A stretch of DNA of 45,087 bases, from NCBI GenBank assembly GCA_015064125.1, contig SVSV01000003.1:1-45087 (forward strand), written 5' to 3'. Shown in pieces: positions 28,013 to 37,113 of this stretch. The position numbers and the translations under genes are program-made. This stretch comes from Oscillospiraceae bacterium (GTDB taxonomy: Bacteria; Bacillota; Clostridia; Oscillospirales; CAG-272). The notes under the pieces are model-generated. The model made no database searches and was not told where the DNA came from. It worked only from the letters and a program-made list of their open reading frames with translations. Positions within the stretch are counted from its first letter, which is position 1. Each line of letters opens with the position of its first letter.

Positions 28013-28205
28013 TAAGCTGCTCTTTCCCGACTGATGCCCAAGATGGGTATCGCGTCGGGGAAGGGCACTTTTTGTTTATAAGGGCGTGGCCTATCTTTTG
28101 TGACAAAATGTGTGTGTGCTCTTGACTTTATGTTTAAGAAAGGGTATAATATAATAAGTGTATTTTTGCATTGCTGTGCAAAAGCTGTCGAAAGGAGGGG
28201 ATGGG

Positions 28206-28943
28206 ATGAATGAAAGGGAGCTTGCGTCACTGATCGCACGCGCGGTAAGCGATGCGGATCTGGCCGATACCGATATCCCTGCCATTGATCTGTACCTGGA
28301 CCAGATACTCAGCCTGGTGGCTGATAAAAACGCGGTCGCCTCGGCGCGTTACCGCGAGCGTGCACTGACTAAAACGATGATCAATAACTATTCAAAGGAC
28401 GGCCTCATCAGCCCGATCGAGGGCAAAAAGTATACCAAGGAGCATATCATTGAAATGCTGCTTGTATACGCGCTGAAAAATACGCTTTCGATCAGTGAGA
28501 TCAAGCGTGTGCTGATAGGTGCGCGTAATGATTGCGGCTTTACGGGTAAGGATCTCACCGCCTGCTACCACCGTTTCCTCTCTATCAAGGAGGGCAACCG
28601 TGCCCGCACAGCCGATACGGTCTTTTCTCTTTTAAAGGAGGACGGGCTTGATATGACAAACGACAGTGATTTCTTAGTCGCCCTGCTTGATATCTTATCG
28701 CTTTCCGCTTATTTGAAGACGGTGGCGCAGGAGATGCTGGAATCACGCTATACTGACCCTGATAAGGCCGAGCGCGAGCGCCGCGAGCGCGAAAAGGCCG
28801 AAAAGCGAGAGCGCGAGGAGGCCGAAAAGGCCGAAAAGCGTGAACGTGAAAAGGCCGAAAAGGCCGAAAAACGGGAGAAAAACGAGCGCGAGCGTGAGGA
28901 AAAGCGCCGCGAAAAGGAAGGGGCTACCATCGACCAAGGTTGA
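28206..28943 (+). CDS. DUF1836 family (MerR-like HTH) protein with charged repetitive C-tail
   Basis: IPAIDLYLDQI...LTKTMINNYSKDGLI..KKYTKEH motif; GGAGG RBS; promoter TTGACT-17-TATAAT at 28122-28150. Confidence 0.85.
   Translation: MNERELASLIARAVSDADLADTDIPAIDLYLDQILSLVADKNAVASARYRERALTKTMINNYSKDGLISPIEGKKYTKEHIIEMLLVYALKNTLSISEIKRVLIGARNDCGFTGKDLTACYHRFLSIKEGNRARTADTVFSLLKEDGLDMTNDSDFLVALLDILSLSAYLKTVAQEMLESRYTDPDKAERERREREKAEKREREEAEKAEKREREKAEKAEKREKNEREREEKRREKEGATIDQG
28762..28919 (+). repeat. Imperfect coding repeat (EKAEKRERE-like units)
   Basis: Repeated GAAAAGGCCGAAAAG/CGCGAG blocks. Confidence 0.8.
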
Positions 28944-29025
28944 AATTTCCATTGACTGCTGAGCGTAAATACATTAAAATAGACGTGGAATAAAAATCCC
29001 CGTCAAAAAGGAGAGTTTTGACTTT

Positions 29026-30894
29026 ATGAAAAATATTTGCTGGGTAAAGGTGCGCAAAATAGCCCTGCTTGTTGCGGCTGACTGGCTTGCACTTTTACTG
29101 TCATTGTTCATAACACGTGTGTTGCTGACAAGCAGCATACGGTTTAGCACGGATGAGTTACCCGCACTGCTGGCGACGAGTGCCGCTTCACTTGCCGTGT
29201 TTGCGGTGCTTGGATATTACAAAATGTCCTTGCAAAATGCAGGCTTTGAGGAAATGCTGCGATTGTGCTTCGGCACACTGATCGCCACGCCGCTTTGTAT
29301 TTTGATCAACGTGGTCCTGGATGGCGGTTACGGTGTGCGTGAGGTCATCGTTACCTTTTTGATCCTGTTCAATTTTACCTGCCTGACGCGCTACGCCTAT
29401 CGCTTTTCACGTGCTTGGCGCTATCGCTTCAAGGGACGCAGCCGACGCACGCCTGTGATGGTAGTCGGTGCGGGTGACGCGGGCACGATGATCGTGCGTG
29501 AGATCAAAGCCTCTGATAAGATCAAGCTTCTGCCTGTTTGTATCATCGATGACGATCCTCAAAAATTACATACCAATATTTGCGGTGTGCCCGTGGTCGG
29601 TAACCGTAATACCATAGAACAAATGGTGCAAAAGCACGGCATTGAGCAGATCTTTATCGCCATTCCCTCGGCGCGCAAGGCCGATATCAGTGCCATTTGT
29701 GAGATCTGCGCACGTACGCGCTGCCGCGTGCAGATCCTGCCCGGCGTGTATCAGATGCTTTCGGGCACGGCTGTGACCAACTATATGCGCGATATCAACA
29801 TCAACGACCTGCTCGGCCGTGAGCCCATTACGATAAATACCCGCGAGGTATTTGCTTATATCGAAGGCAAGCATATCCTGGTGACGGGCGGCGGTGGCTC
29901 TATCGGCAGCGAGCTGTGCCGTCAGATCGCCGCACACAATCCCGCATCGTTGACGATCTTTGATATTTATGAAAATAACGCCTACGATATTGAGATGGAG
30001 CTCAGGCGCACGTATCCGTACCTGACACTGCGCGTGTTGATCGGCAGTGTGCGGGATGAGCGGCGTGTAGCTGACGTGTTTGCCCAAGTGGCGCCCCACG
30101 TCGTATTTCATGCGGCAGCCCATAAGCATGTGCCTTTGATGGAGAACAGCCCTGCTGAGGCAGTGAAGAATAACGTGTTCGGCACGTATAACGTGGCAAA
30201 GGCCGCCAGTGATTTTGGCGTTGAGCGCTTTGTGATGATATCCACCGATAAGGCGGTGAACCCCACCAACGTAATGGGCGCCACCAAGCGCATATGCGAG
30301 ATGATCGTGCAGAATTTTGCGGCACAGTCAAAGACTACCGATTACGTGGCTGTGCGCTTCGGTAACGTTTTGGGCAGTAACGGCAGCGTGATCCCCTTGT
30401 TCAAGCGTCAGATCAGCGAGGGCGGCCCCGTAACCGTTACGCATAAGGACATTATCCGCTATTTTATGACGATCCCCGAGGCTGTTTCGCTGGTTTTACA
30501 GGCAGGTGCTTACGCCGCGGACGGCGAGGTCTTCGTGCTGGATATGGGTGAGCCTGTTAAGATCGTGACGCTGGCAGAAAATCTGATCCGCCTTTCCGGC
30601 TACATTCCCTATAAGGATATTGACATTACCTTCACGGGCTTACGTCCCGGAGAGAAGCTGTTTGAGGAGCTGCTGCTCGACGAGGAGGGCATGCGCAAGA
30701 CCCCCAACAAAAAAATTTTTATCGGTAATCCTGTGCCCGTTGACAATGAAACGTTGATGCTGGCGCTGGCAGATATGCGAGAGGCCGCCGCGCAAAATGA
30801 CGTTGGCGCTATTCTTGCAAAGATCAAAGACCTGGTCCCCACATACCGTGCGGATACGCGTACGGTAGCAGGGGCGCGACCCAAAAAGGAGTAA
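29026..30894 (+). CDS. Membrane-anchored NDP-sugar 4,6-dehydratase (CapD/PglF family)
   Basis: Four TM helices, VVGAGDAG, LVTGGGGSIGSELC, FHAAAHKHVP, STDKAVNP, MGATKR and RFGNVLGS; promoter TTGACT-17-TAAAAT at 28952-28980. Confidence 0.95.
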   Translation: MKNICWVKVRKIALLVAADWLALLLSLFITRVLLTSSIRFSTDELPALLATSAASLAVFAVLGYYKMSLQNAGFEEMLRLCFGTLIATPLCILINVVLDGGYGVREVIVTFLILFNFTCLTRYAYRFSRAWRYRFKGRSRRTPVMVVGAGDAGTMIVREIKASDKIKLLPVCIIDDDPQKLHTNICGVPVVGNRNTIEQMVQKHGIEQIFIAIPSARKADISAICEICARTRCRVQILPGVYQMLSGTAVTNYMRDININDLLGREPITINTREVFAYIEGKHILVTGGGGSIGSELCRQIAAHNPASLTIFDIYENNAYDIEMELRRTYPYLTLRVLIGSVRDERRVADVFAQVAPHVVFHAAAHKHVPLMENSPAEAVKNNVFGTYNVAKAASDFGVERFVMISTDKAVNPTNVMGATKRICEMIVQNFAAQSKTTDYVAVRFGNVLGSNGSVIPLFKRQISEGGPVTVTHKDIIRYFMTIPEAVSLVLQAGAYAADGEVFVLDMGEPVKIVTLAENLIRLSGYIPYKDIDITFTGLRPGEKLFEELLLDEEGMRKTPNKKIFIGNPVPVDNETLMLALADMREAAAQNDVGAILAKIKDLVPTYRADTRTVAGARPKKE

Positions 30895-30902
30895 TCAAAG
30901 CG

Positions 30903-32420
30903 ATGAACGAACAACAAAAGACCACAGAAATTACATTCGGATTCCTATTGGCGGTACTGCGTCGCCGCGTGATCTGGCTGGTGCTTGCACTGGTCATTGG
31001 CGCCGGTGGGGCGTTTGCCTTTACGAAATTGCTGCTTACCCCGACCTATTCCTCCACAGCCAAGTTTAAGGTGGAGAGTATAGTCGAGAACGGTAGTATG
31101 ATAAACAGCGGTTATCAGGTCGGTGCCGCCCTGTTTGCCGCCAACTACGCCGATGAGATCAATGGCAACGTATTTCTTGGAGAGGTATTAAGAGCATATA
31201 ACGAGCGCTTTGGTAAGGCACTTACCTCGAAGCAGCTTTCCAAAAAGCTCAATGCCACCGCTGACGGTGACCTTGCTCAATTTACCGTGAAGGTCACCTC
31301 GACCGATGCGCAGGAGGCCTATGATATTTTGTCTGTGGTGCAGGAGCTGGCACCGCAAATGCTGTTAAGCGACAGTGCGCGCACCTATATAAATATCAAG
31401 ATGATCAACTACGGTTCGCTTGATACTGTGCCTGATTCTCCCAACGTGCTTTTGAATACGGCTGTTGGCGGTGTGCTGCTGGTGGTATTGACCTACGCAT
31501 ACTTTTTCCTGCGCACCTTCCTTGATAAAACGGTTTATGACGCACAAAATCTGAAAGCCATCTGCAAGGACGTGCCTATTATCGGCTCGATCCCACAATG
31601 GTCTGCCAAAAAGCAGGAGGGTGGAAAGCGCCATATGCGTGAGACCTTTGACAACGCCCGTGACCCCAATCGTATTCAGCGTAATTATGAGGGTAGATTG
31701 CTGTCGGCTGATACTCCGTTTTCGCTTGCGGAGTCCTTCAGGACCCTGCGCACCAATCTGAGGTACGTGGGGCACGGGGATGATACGAGTCCCGTCTTTG
31801 GCATAACCTCAGGCTTTGCGGGTGCAGGCAAGAGCGTGGTGATCGCCAATGTGGCGATCAGCTTTGCTCAGCTTGGTAAGAAGGTATTGCTGATCGACGG
31901 CGACATGCGTTGCCCCGTGCAGCATAAGATCTTTTCGCTTAGCGCCGACCGTCACGGCCTTTCTGAGGTGCTGGCCGGTATCGAGCAAAAGCCCTTTGAA
32001 AATGCTGTCGTCAAGAATGCATATGAAAATCTTGACGTGCTTTCCTGCGGACATATCCCTCCTAACCCCTCCGAGCTGCTTTCGTCCGAGCGTATGCAGC
32101 AGCTTATTGCCGAGGCAAAGGCACAGTACGATTATGTATTTATCGATCTGCCTCCCATTCTGGAAACCTCTGACGCAAGCGTGGTGACCTCTGTCGTATC
32201 CACTTATATTCTGGTGGTGCGTGTAGGCTATTCTAAGATCCCCGCCGTTCAGGAGGTGGTGGAAACGATGCAGACGATGCATGCCAATATTGCGGGCTTT
32301 GTTTTGAATGATGTTGATGTAAAGGGTGCGCTTGGCTATTATCATTCCGGCTCACGTTACGGGTATTCAAGCCGATATGGTAAATACGCATACCGCGCCA
32401 AGGATACCAACAAGAATTAA
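30903..32420 (+). CDS. Fused chain-length regulator/BY-kinase (CpsC-CpsD, Wzc-like)
   Basis: Two TM helices around a short extracellular loop, ESFRTLRTNL, Walker A GFAGAGKS, LIDGDMR, PPNPSELL, IDLPP and C-terminal Tyr cluster YYHSGSRYGYSSRYGKYAY. Confidence 0.92.
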   Translation: MNEQQKTTEITFGFLLAVLRRRVIWLVLALVIGAGGAFAFTKLLLTPTYSSTAKFKVESIVENGSMINSGYQVGAALFAANYADEINGNVFLGEVLRAYNERFGKALTSKQLSKKLNATADGDLAQFTVKVTSTDAQEAYDILSVVQELAPQMLLSDSARTYINIKMINYGSLDTVPDSPNVLLNTAVGGVLLVVLTYAYFFLRTFLDKTVYDAQNLKAICKDVPIIGSIPQWSAKKQEGGKRHMRETFDNARDPNRIQRNYEGRLLSADTPFSLAESFRTLRTNLRYVGHGDDTSPVFGITSGFAGAGKSVVIANVAISFAQLGKKVLLIDGDMRCPVQHKIFSLSADRHGLSEVLAGIEQKPFENAVVKNAYENLDVLSCGHIPPNPSELLSSERMQQLIAEAKAQYDYVFIDLPPILETSDASVVTSVVSTYILVVRVGYSKIPAVQEVVETMQTMHANIAGFVLNDVDVKGALGYYHSGSRYGYSSRYGKYAYRAKDTNKN

Positions 32421-32440
32421 ACTCCGTTGGAGGACAATAT

Positions 32441-33826
32441 ATGAAAACCCTGCTTTTCAAATACGGTGAGGTGCTGTATCGCGCAGGTCTTAGCCTTGCG
32501 GTGTTTTTCGTGGCGGTTTTCACCGGGGGCGAGACCAAAAAGCTCGTCCCCTTTGTCGTGGCGCTTTTGCTGCTGCTTTGCGTGGGGCTCTTTACGCAAA
32601 AAAACGTAAAGCTGCTGACCTTGCCGTTCTTACAGCTGACGCTGCTGCTTATTTTTTGTTACGATTCCTTTTCGGTGTTCATTGACTATATCTGGTTAGC
32701 ACCGATCGTCGTGGTGGCGCTGGGCTTTTATTTGTGGCGCACCAAGCCGCGCTTTGTGCGAGGACCAAGCCTTTGGCCCTTGATAGCGGTAAGTGTGGCA
32801 ACGCTGCTTGGCGGTGTCGGTATGATCCCTGCGGCAGATTATTTCCGCCCTGCCTCGATCATCTTTATGATGGGTCTTGGCCCGGGGCTGGTGCTGTCGT
32901 ATCTGATCATGAAGAATGAATATCGCGACGTTGCCGTGCGGGAGGGCTTTGCGCGCGATCTTCTATGGTGGGGCCTTACGGGTGCCGCTATCACGATGGC
33001 ATTTATAGCACCGAAATTTTTGGCAGTACGGGTGCTGCTTTTTGAGGATACGGTGCAGTGGAGCAACAATATATCCACGATGCTGATGATCGCCATGCCT
33101 GCCGCATTGATGCAAAAAAAACGTCACGTGGGGCATTATCTGCTGGCCGCCGTTATGTTTGGTGCGGTAGTGATGGTTGGCTCGCGCGGTGGCGTGGTGT
33201 TTATCGGCATTGAGCTGATCGCATGCTGCTTTTTTGCGTGGCGGCAGGAGACCAACCGCATCCTGCGCTTTTGCAACTGCTTTTATTTTGTTATGGCGTT
33301 GGCTGTGGCAGGATATCTTTCTTGGTTTATGCTTTCCAATGCCGAGGCGCTCGCTCTCGTGCGCCCGGGTGAGGCGCGTATATTACTGCTGCGGCGTGGC
33401 TTTGAGGATTTTTTGAAAAATCCACTGTTCGGCAGCGGCTTTGGTTACCGTGGCAATGTCGATCTGTATAACGGCACGCAGGGAACGATCGGCTGGTATC
33501 ACCTGTTTGTGGCACAGGTCGTCGGCGGTCTTGGTGTGTGTGGCGTGCTCGCGTGGGGGTATCAGCTTTACGTGCGCTTTTGTCTGGCCTGGCGCGCGCG
33601 CCGCGACAGAGAATGCGGCTTTGCGTTTTGCTATCTCGGGCTTTTCCTGATGTCAATGGTAAACCCCGGGGAATTTTGCCCCGTGCCGTATGCCTTCTTA
33701 GCGGTGTGCTTTTTTGCGTTGCTTGAGTGTCACCTTGAGGACAAGGGGGATGCGCTGCGTCACGATTTTTACACCCCGTGGAGGGGATTTTTCAAAAGAA
33801 AACAACAAAAAGCCGATTCCGCTTGA
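32441..33826 (+). CDS. O-antigen ligase/polymerase (Wzy_C-like) membrane protein
   Basis: Multi-TM protein with GSRGG, R..LL.RG..DF..NPLFGSGFG and WYH...Q..GGLG..G motifs. Confidence 0.8.
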   Translation: MKTLLFKYGEVLYRAGLSLAVFFVAVFTGGETKKLVPFVVALLLLLCVGLFTQKNVKLLTLPFLQLTLLLIFCYDSFSVFIDYIWLAPIVVVALGFYLWRTKPRFVRGPSLWPLIAVSVATLLGGVGMIPAADYFRPASIIFMMGLGPGLVLSYLIMKNEYRDVAVREGFARDLLWWGLTGAAITMAFIAPKFLAVRVLLFEDTVQWSNNISTMLMIAMPAALMQKKRHVGHYLLAAVMFGAVVMVGSRGGVVFIGIELIACCFFAWRQETNRILRFCNCFYFVMALAVAGYLSWFMLSNAEALALVRPGEARILLLRRGFEDFLKNPLFGSGFGYRGNVDLYNGTQGTIGWYHLFVAQVVGGLGVCGVLAWGYQLYVRFCLAWRARRDRECGFAFCYLGLFLMSMVNPGEFCPVPYAFLAVCFFALLECHLEDKGDALRHDFYTPWRGFFKRKQQKADSA

Positions 33827-33845
33827 TCGCGGACTCGGCTTTTTT
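33807..33845. terminator. Bidirectional terminator
   Basis: AAAAGCCGATTCCGC...GCGGACTCGGCTTTTTT between convergent genes. Confidence 0.7.
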
Positions 33846-33855
33846 AACAGAACGC

Positions 33856-34431
33856 TCAGGTTTCCAATTGACGCCCAAGAAAGCTGGCGGCGGTTTGGAT
33901 CAGCTTGCTTTCAGCCTCGCTGACGGCGGCGGTGCGGCCTTGCTTGTCGGGCATTGCCAGAGAAATAACACATCCTACGATATCGCCCTCAGCCAGGATC
34001 GGCATCGCACAGTTCACTGTATGGCTGTCGCCCTCTGCCAGAACGGGCAGGCGCTCCATGCCCTCACGCCACACGTATAGCGTACGGCCCTCAATAATTT
34101 TTTCAAGGGCAGGGGAGAGCGTTTTTTCGTTATATTCCTTGCGCGGCACACCCGCTGCAGCGATCACGGCATCGCGATCGGAGATCACCACTGAGAGCGA
34201 GCAGGTCTTGTAAAGTGTTTCGGCATATTCGTCAGCAAACGAGGCAAGCTCCCCGATGGGGGAATATTTTTTCAAAATAATTTCCCCCTCTCGATTTGTA
34301 AATATTTCAAGCGGGTCGCCCTCGCGGATACGCATCGTGCGTCGGATCTCCTTGGGCAGCACCAAACGTCCCAGCTCGTCGCAGCGTCTGGTCACACCCG
34401 TAGAGCGTCTTGCAAATTCGGTTGATTTCAT
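33856..34431 (-). CDS. spoVT: Stage V sporulation protein T (AbrB-like N-domain plus GAF C-domain)
   Basis: TGVTRRCDELGRLVLPKEIRRTMRIREGDPLEIF, IILKKYSPIGEL, PILAEGDIVGCV and TAASFLGRQLE. Confidence 0.93.
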   Translation of the reverse strand: MKSTEFARRSTGVTRRCDELGRLVLPKEIRRTMRIREGDPLEIFTNREGEIILKKYSPIGELASFADEYAETLYKTCSLSVVISDRDAVIAAAGVPRKEYNEKTLSPALEKIIEGRTLYVWREGMERLPVLAEGDSHTVNCAMPILAEGDIVGCVISLAMPDKQGRTAAVSEAESKLIQTAASFLGRQLET

Positions 34432-34495
34432 ATTAACTCCTTGTTTAGCCCCCAAACGGGGGGGCTTTTTGGTATTTTTGATCTCACGTCAAAGA

Positions 34496-34525
34496 TATTG
34501 TTTGTAACAATGTGGGAAAATATCC
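34496..34525 (-). promoter_or_regulatory. Putative sigmaG/sigmaF-type promoter of spoVT
   Basis: Minus strand GGATA-18 nt-AACAATA resembles the forespore sigma consensus; spoVT is a known sigmaG target. Confidence 0.5.
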
Positions 34526-34639
34526 ATAGAAAACAATGGAAAAACCTGTGCCCACGTGAAAATTGCTGTTTGGCGATTTATACGAACGAAATGTGCTTGC
34601 AAGGGATGCTTTTTGTGAGATGTTTTTTTATGGGAATCC

Positions 34640-34668
34640 TTGACTTCAATTTTAAAAAGGTGTATAAT
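34640..34668 (+). promoter_or_regulatory. sigmaA promoter of serC-serA
   Basis: TTGACT-17 nt-TATAAT with TG extension. Confidence 0.75.
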
Positions 34669-34725
34669 AAATTAAAATTTTATTTTGCGCTGACGCCTGT
34701 CAGCCATATATTCAGGAGGTTTGGT

Positions 34726-35817
34726 ATGAACAGAGTTTACAACTTTTCCGCAGGTCCCTCGATGCTTCCTCTGCCTGTGCTTGAAAAAGCGGCGGCTGAG
34801 CTGATCGCTTACGGCGATTCAGGCATGTCAGTAATGGAAATGTCACACCGATCTCCCGACTATGAAGCCATTATTGCAGATGCGGAAAAAATGCTGCGTG
34901 AGCTGATGAATATTCCCGATAATTACAAGGTGCTGTTTTTACAGGGTGGTGCCTCGTTGCAGTTTGCCGCTGTGCCGATGAATCTGATCGGTCGCACGGG
35001 CAAGGCGGATTACGTGGTGTCAGGCCAGTTTTCCGGCAAGGCCTATAAGGAGGCAGTGAAGATGGGCTACGACGTGGCTTGCGCTGCCAGCAGCAAGGAG
35101 GATAACTTCGACCATATTCCGGCGCTGACGCGTGATATGTTCCGCCCCGATGCCTCTTACGTGCATATTTGTTATAACAATACGATCTACGGTACCAAAT
35201 ATGCCGACATTCCCGATACGGGTGATATCCCGCTGGTTACTGATATGTCCTCTTGCATTTTGTCTGAGCCTGTTGACGTCAGCCGCTTTGGCGTTATTTA
35301 TGCAGGTGCGCAAAAGAATATGGCACCCGCAGGCCTTACTGTAGTGATCGTTCGCGAGGATCTGCTCGAATATGCCGATCCCAAGATGCCTACGGTCATG
35401 GAATGGAAGACGATGGCTGAAAACGGATCGATGTATAACACGCCCCCCTGCTATACGATCTATGTGGCTAAGCTTGTATATGAGTGGTTGCTCTCGATCG
35501 GCGGCCTTGAGGCTATGAAAAAGCATAACGTGGAGAAGGCCGGTATGCTTTATGATTATCTTGACAGCCAAAATTATTATCTTGCTCCTGTGAAAAAGGA
35601 AAGCCGTTCCATGATGAACGTGACCTTTGTGACGGGTGATGCAGAGCTTGACAAAAAGTTTGCCAAGGAGGCTGCCGCTGCCGGCTTGAAGAACCTCAAG
35701 GGTCATCGCTCGGTGGGCGGTATGCGTGCCTCTATTTACAATGCAATGCCCACAGAGGGCGTTATGGCACTGGTGGCATTTATGAAAAAATTTGCCGCCG
35801 AAAACCCCAAGGCCTGA
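34726..35817 (+). CDS. serC: Phosphoserine aminotransferase
   Basis: YNFSAGPS, MEMSHRS, LQGGASLQF, YAGAQKN and GHRSVGGMRASIYNA; AGGAGG RBS. Confidence 0.97.
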   Translation: MNRVYNFSAGPSMLPLPVLEKAAAELIAYGDSGMSVMEMSHRSPDYEAIIADAEKMLRELMNIPDNYKVLFLQGGASLQFAAVPMNLIGRTGKADYVVSGQFSGKAYKEAVKMGYDVACAASSKEDNFDHIPALTRDMFRPDASYVHICYNNTIYGTKYADIPDTGDIPLVTDMSSCILSEPVDVSRFGVIYAGAQKNMAPAGLTVVIVREDLLEYADPKMPTVMEWKTMAENGSMYNTPPCYTIYVAKLVYEWLLSIGGLEAMKKHNVEKAGMLYDYLDSQNYYLAPVKKESRSMMNVTFVTGDAELDKKFAKEAAAAGLKNLKGHRSVGGMRASIYNAMPTEGVMALVAFMKKFAAENPKA

Positions 35818-35828
35818 AAGGAACTGAT

Positions 35829-36998
35829 ATGAACAATATTCTTTTGATGAATAAGATCGCAAAGGTCGGCACTGACCGCCTTGATAAGGATCTTTATGTT
35901 TGCGGTGCCGACGTGGAAAGCCCTGTTGGCATCATGGTGCGCTCTGCGAAGCTGCACGACATGACCTTTAACCCCGAGCTTCTGGCAATCGCCCGCGCAG
36001 GGGCAGGTGTCAATAATATTCCTGTGGCACGCTGCGCCGAGGAGGGCATTGTGGTCTTTAATACGCCCGGTGCGAATGCAAACGGCGTCAAGGAGCTGGC
36101 TATTTGCGCGATGCTCCTTGCCTCGCGTGATATTATCGGGGGTGTAAGCTGGGCAAGATCCCTGGCAGGCACGGCTGACGTTGCCAAGCAGGTCGAGGCG
36201 GGCAAGGCAAAATTTGCAGGCACAGAGCTGCGCGGCAAGACCCTTGGCGTGATCGGCCTTGGCGCGATCGGCGGTCTGGTGGCAAATGCTGCGGTCAAGC
36301 TTGGGATGAGGGTGGTCGGCTGTGACCCGTACCTGTCGGTTGCGGGTGCTTGGAATCTTGACCATCATATCGTAAAGGCCGCTACCTATGAAGAGGTGTA
36401 TGCCGTTGCTGATTATATCACGTTGCACGTGCCCGCTACCGAAACCACAACGGGTATGATCAATGCCCAAACGATCGTCTCGATGAAAAAGGGTGTGAAG
36501 ATCATTAACCTGGCGCGCGCGGAGCTGGTGAATGCCGCTGATCTTGCCGTGGCGCTTGAGAGCGGTGCCGTATCTGCGTACGTGACTGATTTTCCGACCG
36601 AGGAAACTGTGGCTATGCCACAGGTCGTGGTGATCCCTCACCTTGGTGGCTCGACCGAGGAGGCCGAGGAAAACTGCGCCGTGATGGCTGCTGATGAGCT
36701 TGACGAGTATATCCGCTACGGCAATATCCGCAACAGCGTGAATTATCCCGCAGCCACTATGCCCGTATCTGCTACCTCGCGTGTTTGCGTGCTGCACGCA
36801 AACGTGCCTGCTGTGCTTGCCAATATCTCTTCGGTGATGGCAAAGGACGGCATCAACATTGAAAATCTGCTCAATAAGTCTAAGGGTGAAAACGCATATA
36901 CCATTCTTGAGGTCAACGGTCCCGTGACCGAGAAGGTGGAGTGCGATATTGCTGCGCTTGAGGGTGTACGCCGTGTGCGTACCATTCGCTTTTCCTGA
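35829..36998 (+). CDS. serA: D-3-phosphoglycerate dehydrogenase with ACT domain
   Basis: ARAGAGVNNIP, NTPGANANGVKE, GVIGLGAIG, PHLGGSTEEAE and C-terminal HANVPAVL ACT domain. Confidence 0.93.
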   Translation: MNNILLMNKIAKVGTDRLDKDLYVCGADVESPVGIMVRSAKLHDMTFNPELLAIARAGAGVNNIPVARCAEEGIVVFNTPGANANGVKELAICAMLLASRDIIGGVSWARSLAGTADVAKQVEAGKAKFAGTELRGKTLGVIGLGAIGGLVANAAVKLGMRVVGCDPYLSVAGAWNLDHHIVKAATYEEVYAVADYITLHVPATETTTGMINAQTIVSMKKGVKIINLARAELVNAADLAVALESGAVSAYVTDFPTEETVAMPQVVVIPHLGGSTEEAEENCAVMAADELDEYIRYGNIRNSVNYPAATMPVSATSRVCVLHANVPAVLANISSVMAKDGINIENLLNKSKGENAYTILEVNGPVTEKVECDIAALEGVRRVRTIRFS

Positions 36999-37015
36999 TA
37001 AAATGTAAAAGCCGG

Positions 37016-37089
37016 AAAACCGCAAAACGGGGTACCCGTTTTGCGGTTTTTGACATAAAAAAGCCGATGGCAGAGCCATCGGCTTTTTT
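37016..37089. terminator. Two adjacent terminator hairpins between serA and pnp
   Basis: AAAACCGCAAAACGGG..CCCGTTTTGCGGTTTT and AAAAAAGCCGATGGC..GCCATCGGCTTTTTT. Confidence 0.85.
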
Positions 37090-37113
37090 ATGTCTTCATG
37101 ATGAATGGGAGGA

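Noticed and set aside
34441-34725. Apparent N-terminal extensions in the ORF track (serC; also nagB, WG protein, nrdD, ftsK, second ABC subunit, 8560 lipoprotein)
   Set aside because: The extensions run through promoters and intergenic DNA; downstream starts have good RBSs and match family N-termini.
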